Source of the DNA: an uncultured Fibrobacterota bacterium
Lineage (GTDB): Bacteria > Fibrobacterota > Chitinivibrionia > Chitinivibrionales > FEN-1185
Direction of reading: 5' to 3'
DNA: 64,000 nt
Assembly: GCA_963753345.1 (NCBI GenBank)
Contig: CAVWBU010000015.1
Coordinates: 96,001-160,000, forward strand
Shown here: positions 58,307 through 64,000 of the stretch, in pieces
Layout of the letters: each line of letters opens with the position of its first letter
How positions within the stretch are numbered: the stretch's first letter is position 1
Notes under the pieces: generated by a model
Seen by the model: only the letters and a program-made list of their open reading frames with translations
Database searches by the model: none
Told to the model about the DNA's origin: nothing
Program-made: the position numbers and the translations under genes

Positions 58307-60139
58307 GATGCCTCCGGTTTCCGTTTTGCAAAATCGCGGACGAGACGGCCCGTTTTTTCGAGCATGCCGGCGCGCGCGGCCGCGTCGAGCGGCCGCATGC
58401 CGAAGCGGAACACGTCCATGCTCTCAAGAAACGACACCAGCCTGTCCACAAGGTCCGCGGCCGCGTGCCGTTCCAACAGCTGATGCCGGAGTTCGTCGAG
58501 GGTCGCGCCGGTTGCGGAAAATCCGAACTTGTGCGTGATGAAGTCTTCGAGGCATCCGGAAATTTTCGCGCAAAAGTCTGTCGCGGGCATTGATGCCGCA
58601 TTTTTCCGGAGTCCGGCAATGGTCCTTATGGCCGTTACGGCAGCTTTCTGCCGGAGGGCCAGAGACGCGTCTTTTTCGTAGCGCTGCGCCTGTATTTTGT
58701 ACAAAAGCGAAAAAACAGCGATAAGGAATGGGAGCGGAAACAGGATGATGAAAATGGGGTTTCGGTACGGCCGGTCCGTTTGCCTGCCGCCGGCAAGGCT
58801 GGTCTTGATATACCGGATGTCCTGGCCCACCTGACGGATCTCTTCCTGGGTGAGGTAGCGTGTCTGGCCGGCGGCAATGGTCTTGCCCTTGGTGACCGCT
58901 ATCGATATGGGGTCGGAGCTAAGCGTTTTGTAAACCGCCGCCGAGGGGTCGAAATACACCCAGGAAAGCGGCGGAACGCTCAACGTTCCTTCCTGCCGCG
59001 GAATAAGCAGGTATTTGTATCCCTTGAGGCAGGTGATGCCGTTTTGCGTGGTGTCGACCGACACGTGCTTTTCGGGTGCGAATACTTCGCAGTCGGAAAG
59101 CTGCGGAATCGACACGTCGCCCATGCTGCCGGGCCGTGTTCCTCCGCGGATGGAAACCGAAAGCGTGACCGCCTCTCCCGAAGGGACGGTCTTCGGGTCC
59201 GCGCCCACGTTCATGGAAAACGAGCCGACCGCGCCGGAAAATCCCGCAGGCGGGGGCGGGAGCTGGCTCGAATGGATGACGATGCCGTTTGACAGCAACG
59301 CTCTTTGCGATCTGCTGCACGCCGCCGCCGAAGAACTGGTCGGCATCCGGGAAGAAATCGTCGAACGGACTGACGCCCCTCCGTCCCTGGACCCGTTTGA
59401 GACTGGCGTATTCGAAGGAAACGGGAGGAATGGCAAGGTCGCCGCCGGCAATGGGAAAAAGCGCGTACTGCATTTTTACCGCCAGTTCCTTTTCGCCGTT
59501 TGAGACCTCCATGGCCATTTTGGACGGCAACTGGTTAAAGAGACGCACCACGGCAAAATCCCTGCTCATGCTTTTTTCCAGCCTGTCGCACAATGCCGCC
59601 AGTCCCTGCATCGACAGCTGGACCTGGGCGCCCGGTTTCTGGGCGACCTTGACGGTAAGGAGCGTCTGCTCTCCCTGATAGAGGTTTCTCTTCGACACTG
59701 CGAGAACAACGTGCACTTCCGCGGCCTGCGGCGCTTCCTTGCCCACGGTGATGGTAAAGGGGTTCGAGGAGTATGTCTTTCCGTCAACGACCGCCTTGAG
59801 AGCGGGGAAGGTGAAAGAACCCACTTTCTTCGGCGCAATGGAATAATAGAACGAGTACGTGATGCTCACGCTCTGCATCATTTTTCCGTTTATCGATTGG
59901 ATGGATTGCGACGACGACGAGTTCTGGTTCGTGCCCAGAACGTCGAAATCGTCGCTCTTGGGGACCTGCGGCGCGGACAATCCGGAAAGCTCTTTGTTGC
60001 TCACGATCTGCGCCGTCACCTGGATGCGTTCGCCGAGCATCACCGAGGTTCTGTCGGCCGAAGCGGAGAATGAGATATCCTGTGCGAAGGCCGGCGCGAA
60101 CGCGCAGAAAATGGCAAACGGTAAAAAAGTCCGGATCAC
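58303..60139 (-). CDS. batD: BatD family protein with an apparent frameshift near 59290-59300
   Basis: N-half (ORF 58919-60139) and C-half (FSGAVGSF, YLLIPRQEG, YFDP, DIRYIK) lie in overlapping frames. Confidence 0.8.
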
Positions 60140-60151
60140 CCTCGATTCCCC

Positions 60152-61003
60152 CTACCAGTCTTTCTCAGTCTTCTTTTCCACGGCCGCGCCGATTTTCTGC
60201 GGCTTTTTGTTCAAATCCTTGTCGTCGTCCGAGAACTGCTCGATGAGCCGCCTGGCCTGGTCTTTCTTCATGTCTTCCTGCTTCTGCTGCTGCGGCGTGG
60301 GTTCTGGTTTCTGCTGGTCGTTTTTATTCTGGTCCTGCTGTTGGTTTTGCTGCTGGTTGTTCTTATCCTGTTGGTTCTTGTTCTGCTGGTTTTTGTTTTG
60401 ATCCTGATTCTTTTTGTCCTGATTATCCTTGTTTTTCTGGTCATTCTGGTTCTTGTTGTCTTTGTTCTGCTTGTTGTCCTTATTATTCTGCTGTTGTTCC
60501 ATCTGCTTGATTTTTTTCTGCACAAGCTGTACGTTCCATTTCGCGTCCCTGTCGGACGGCCGCAGATCGAGCGACTTAATATAATTCTCAAGCGCGGCCT
60601 TGTATTTCTCCATGGCCTGCTGATTGTTCTGCGCGGACAGCTGCTCTCCCTGCATGTAAAGCGCGTCGCCGAGGTCGTAGTGCAGCGAGGCCAAGGCCTT
60701 CTTGTCTTTGGTTTCCTTTGCCTGGTTGTACGTCTCCTCGGCCTTGTCGTACTGGCCGAGCCGGTATTGCGCGGACCCCTTGTTCATTTTGAGCTTGGGC
60801 TCGGCCGGGTATTCGAGGATCAGGTTGTCGTATGCTTTGAGGGCGCTGTCGTAGTTTTTGGTTTCGTATTGCTTGTTTGCCGCCTTGTTTTTTGAATACA
60901 GCTCGTCCGAGAATGAAACAGGCGTGACTGCGGCAACAATGAAGGCGGCAACGATGCAGGTCGTGCATGAAAGCAGTTTGTAAAGTAATGGTTGCGGATG
61001 CAT
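60152..61003 (-). CDS. batC: BatC-like TPR protein with Q/N/K/D-rich linker
   Basis: TPR repeats, YIKSLDLRPSDRDAKWN, low-complexity linker, terminal EKDW; start uncertain. Confidence 0.78.
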   Translation of the reverse strand: MHPQPLLYKLLSCTTCIVAAFIVAAVTPVSFSDELYSKNKAANKQYETKNYDSALKAYDNLILEYPAEPKLKMNKGSAQYRLGQYDKAEETYNQAKETKDKKALASLHYDLGDALYMQGEQLSAQNNQQAMEKYKAALENYIKSLDLRPSDRDAKWNVQLVQKKIKQMEQQQNNKDNKQNKDNKNQNDQKNKDNQDKKNQDQNKNQQNKNQQDKNNQQQNQQQDQNKNDQQKPEPTPQQQKQEDMKKDQARRLIEQFSDDDKDLNKKPQKIGAAVEKKTEKDW

Positions 61004-61005
61004 GA

Positions 61006-62028
61006 TTACTCTATGCGGCCTTTCCATTGCTGCTTGGACTTGACAAGCTCGGGAACAAAAAATTCCAGAAGAAGAAAGAACAGCGCGATAGCGAGGAAAA
61101 CCTGGTATTGCTCTTCGAAAATGTTCATGCGGTCGGTCCCGAGCTCGTTTTTCTCAAGTTTGGCAATTTCGCCGTAGATCGCAGGCATGTCGAGAGCGGT
61201 GCCTGCGTGGAAGTACTTGCCGTGACCTTCGCCGGCGATTTTTTCGAGCATGAGCGGATTAAGCCGCGTCATCACCAGATTACCTTCGGCGTCCTTTTTG
61301 TAGGAGATATTTCCCTTGCCTTTGTTAAGCGGAATGGGCGCTCCGCCTTCTGCGCCGAGCCCCACGGTGTAAATCTTAATGCCGAATTGCGCGGCCTTAG
61401 CCGCCGCGCTCGCCGCGTCGCCCTCGTTTTCTTCGCCGTCCGAAAGGATAATGAGGACCCGGGACTTGCTTTTCTGGGTACGGAACGCCTCGACGGATTG
61501 ATTGATGGCCTGATCGATAGCTGTTCCCTGGGTCTGCACCCAGTCGGTGGTGATGACGCTCAGAAACATTTTCGCGGCGCCGTAATCCAGAGTAAGCGGG
61601 CACTGTATGAAGCTTTCTCCTGCGAAGACCACGATACCCACGCGGTCGCCCCGTAACAGGTCGATGAGTTTCGCTATTTCAAATTTTGCGCGTTCGAGCC
61701 GGTTCGGCGCAATGTCTTCCGCGAGCATGCTCCGGGAAATATCGAGTGCCACGATCACGTCGACGCCCTTGCGTTCCACAACTTCGGTTTTCACGCCGAA
61801 CCTGGGCTGCGCCAGCGCGATCACCGCGAAGAATACAAAGCCCGTGAACAGGACCCACTTGAGGACCTGCTGCTGGAGGAGTTTCTCCGGCGTGAGGCGA
61901 CGCATGAGGTCGGGCGCGGCGAAACGCGACAGCGCAGCCCGCTTCCACTGGTGGGCGAGGATAAACAGGCCCGCAAGGAGCGGAATGCAGAACATGAGCC
62001 AGAAATATGCCGGACTGCCGAACCTCAT
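61006..62028 (-). CDS. batB: BatB-like vWA domain protein
   Basis: DISRSM MIDAS, PNRLERAK, PLTLDY, LSDGE. Confidence 0.85.
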   Translation of the reverse strand: MRFGSPAYFWLMFCIPLLAGLFILAHQWKRAALSRFAAPDLMRRLTPEKLLQQQVLKWVLFTGFVFFAVIALAQPRFGVKTEVVERKGVDVIVALDISRSMLAEDIAPNRLERAKFEIAKLIDLLRGDRVGIVVFAGESFIQCPLTLDYGAAKMFLSVITTDWVQTQGTAIDQAINQSVEAFRTQKSKSRVLIILSDGEENEGDAASAAAKAAQFGIKIYTVGLGAEGGAPIPLNKGKGNISYKKDAEGNLVMTRLNPLMLEKIAGEGHGKYFHAGTALDMPAIYGEIAKLEKNELGTDRMNIFEEQYQVFLAIALFFLLLEFFVPELVKSKQQWKGRIE

Positions 62029-62052
62029 GGTTTGTTACCTTTGTCCCCGCAA

Positions 62053-62172
62053 GTAAATGCGTGTGTGCGTAAAAGCGTATATGCGGGAAGACCGGGTTGA
62101 TTGAACATGGTATGGTTTTTTTTCAAACGCATTTCCGCCTCCTCGCATATATGCATTCTCGCATCCACGCAT
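62053..62172. repeat. Inverted arrays of degenerate 8-mers, same type as 39416-39509
   Basis: gtaaatgc gtgtgtgc gtaaaagc gtatatgc (62053-62084) versus gcatttcc gcctcctc gcatatat gcattctc gcatccac (62129-62168). Confidence 0.7.
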
Positions 62173-63176
62173 CATGGAATTCTTCTGAACCACGTATTCG
62201 ACAGCAGGCTTTCGGCGAACAGAAGAACACATCCCGCAATGAGCCAGGGAAAAAACCTGTCCGCGTAGCTGGTATACAGTTTGGTCTTGATTTCCGTTTT
62301 TTCCATTTTGTCTATGGTGTCGTAGATTTCCCTGAGTTTCTCCGCGTTCTGCGCCCTGAAGAACTTGCCGCCCGTCGCCGCGGCGATGTCGGCAAGCAGT
62401 TGTTCGTCGAGGTCCGACTGGACGTTTTGAATTTGGGTGCCGACAACCTTGCCGGTAAACCGGTCCACAATCTGCATCGGGTAGGGGATCATGCCCTCTT
62501 TGCCTACGCCGATGGTGTAAATCTTGATGCCGAGTTCTGCGGCGGCCTTTGCCGCGGCGAGCGGCGCGATTTCGCCGAAGTTGTTTCCGCCGTCGGTGAG
62601 AAGAATCATCACCTTGCTCTTTGCGGGCGTGTCCTTGATCCGGTTGGCAGCGGTTGCTATCGCGGTTCCGATGGCCGTGGCATCGCCGAAGTCCTCGAAG
62701 TCTATTTTGTCGACAAACTGGGTAAGGACGTTGTAGTCAAGGGTGAGCGGGCACTTGGTGTAGCTGCGTTTGGCGAATATCACGAGCCCGATGCGGTCGT
62801 TGCGGCGTTTCTTGATGAAATCCTTGATCGTCTCTTTTGCAACAAACAGCCTGTTGTTCGGCTGAAAATCGAGCGAGCGCATGCTGAACGACACGTCGAG
62901 GATGAGCATGATGTCAACGCCCTCGGTGGTCACCTCTTCCTCGGACGTGCCCTGCTGTGGGCGGGCAAGCGCAACGGCGAGAAGGCCGATGCCCGCACAG
63001 CGGAGCACGAACGGCACATGGCGCAGGTGGACAAAGCGCGAGGCCGGGATCTTCTTGAGGGTTGACAGATCTGAAAAATGAACCGCAGGCCGGTTTTTTT
63101 CGCGGCGCAGGTAGACCCACACCATGGGAACCCACGCGACAAGCAGGAGCAGGTACCAGGGGTCCCTAAGAAGCAT
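62172..63176 (-). CDS. batA: BatA-like vWA domain protein
   Basis: ALARPQ, DVSFSM, TAIGTAIATA, ILLTDG, TGGKFFRA, IDKMEKT. Confidence 0.88.
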   Translation of the reverse strand: MLLRDPWYLLLLVAWVPMVWVYLRREKNRPAVHFSDLSTLKKIPASRFVHLRHVPFVLRCAGIGLLAVALARPQQGTSEEEVTTEGVDIMLILDVSFSMRSLDFQPNNRLFVAKETIKDFIKKRRNDRIGLVIFAKRSYTKCPLTLDYNVLTQFVDKIDFEDFGDATAIGTAIATAANRIKDTPAKSKVMILLTDGGNNFGEIAPLAAAKAAAELGIKIYTIGVGKEGMIPYPMQIVDRFTGKVVGTQIQNVQSDLDEQLLADIAAATGGKFFRAQNAEKLREIYDTIDKMEKTEIKTKLYTSYADRFFPWLIAGCVLLFAESLLSNTWFRRIP

Positions 63177-64000
63177 GGTCCCTCCGCGCGGGTGCCTGTC
63201 CGGCCGCCGGCGGAACGGCCGCAGGGCTTTTGTCGACAGACGGCAGCGGTCTGGTCCGCTCAAGAAAGGCCCGCGCCTCGGGGCCGAAACGATTCGCCGT
63301 ATCGTTGTCCGGAAGCCACTTGGCGAATTTGACCGGGTCGGTAGTTGAAAAGAACCAGTCGAGCACCTTTCGGTCCGCAGGCTCGAGCGGCGAGCGCTTC
63401 ACCCATTCGAGCATCTCGTAGGTGGTGAATTCGGCGGCGTTGACGTCGAACCTGCGCTCTATGTATCGTTTGACGATTTCCGACAGTTCAAACGCGTATT
63501 CCCTGATCATGCCCTTTGCCGGATAGTTTTTCGCCTCAAGGAGCGCCAGCGCGGCAATGGCCTCTTCATAGGGAGGCTTTCGCGGGATCTGGGGAACGGG
63601 TTTGGCTTTTTTCGACAGGAAACGGCGGCCGAGAACAACGGCAGTGACAAGCGCACTTATGACGAGAACCAGCCACAGCCAGGCAAAGGACGGCCTGCCC
63701 ACGCTCTGCTGGGGCTTGAGATCCTTGATCGACGCGGTGTCGGGCGAGGAAACCAAAAGGACGCGCAGGGGAACGGCCTGGGTGCGGAGCGTTTCGGCAG
63801 TTTTCTCTTTTGTCACATAGAAATCGAGCGCCGGAATAGTGCACGGCTCGGCGGTGTAGGTGGTGACGGAATAGTGGAAAACAACGCTGTCGGCGTTCTT
63901 CATTTCCTTCCTGTCCGATGTCCATTCCTTCACCGAGAGCGCGCCGAAGCCGTTGTCCGTTGGCGGCGGGGTGATCTGGCTTCCGGGCGGCACGACCAGC
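63166..64000 (-). CDS. Bat-cluster-associated membrane protein (5' truncated by window edge)
   Basis: IKDLKP, TM helix, PPYEEA, RYIERRF..AAEFTT, DPVKFAK; typical of the gene upstream of batA. Confidence 0.75.
   Translation of the reverse strand, partial: LVVPPGSQITPPPTDNGFGALSVKEWTSDRKEMKNADSVVFHYSVTTYTAEPCTIPALDFYVTKEKTAETLRTQAVPLRVLLVSSPDTASIKDLKPQQSVGRPSFAWLWLVLVISALVTAVVLGRRFLSKKAKPVPQIPRKPPYEEAIAALALLEAKNYPAKGMIREYAFELSEIVKRYIERRFDVNAAEFTTYEMLEWVKRSPLEPADRKVLDWFFSTTDPVKFAKWLPDNDTANRFGPEARAFLERTRPLPSVDKSPAAVPPAAGQAPARRDHAS

Noticed and set aside
59285-59305. Programmed frameshifting in batD or glnS
   Set aside because: No slippery heptamer or known recoding precedent; several independent indels point to assembly error.
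60300-60500. Low-complexity repeat-like DNA
   Set aside because: Encodes the Q/N/K/D-rich linker expected in BatC-like proteins.

Overview
A 64-kb bacterial chromosomal window of mostly housekeeping genes: pyrG, purF, ychF-like, gltX, glnS, pyruvate:ferredoxin oxidoreductase, cmk-rpsA, hrpB, hisG, etfAB, ybeY, rpsU, nadB, dnaA and a batA-E cluster. It also encodes secreted carbohydrate-active proteins with T9SS-like C-terminal domains, which tentatively suggests an anaerobic FCB-group (Fibrobacterota-like) organism. The most striking unexplained signal is non-coding. A family of bipartite, highly structured intergenic elements (module A about 120-160 bp, variable linker, module B about 160-215 bp) occurs at nine loci in the first 42.4 kb. 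The copies show compensatory base changes, mosaic sub-modules, C(GNA)G triloop hairpins on opposite strands for A and B, and orientation matching neighbouring genes, and no transposase is seen in the window. Other notable items: a solo integron-like gene cassette (4427-5731) with an attC-like hairpin; a REP-like 37-bp inverted repeat enclosing a DUF559 nuclease remnant; phased non-canonical DnaA-box-like repeats (TTRTCAACA) beside a DnaA with RDYSTV instead of RDH(T/S)TV; degenerate active-site motifs in the YchF, PfkB and GH2 homologues; and three apparent single-base frameshifts that are probably assembly errors. All calls come from reading the sequence by eye; no searches were run.
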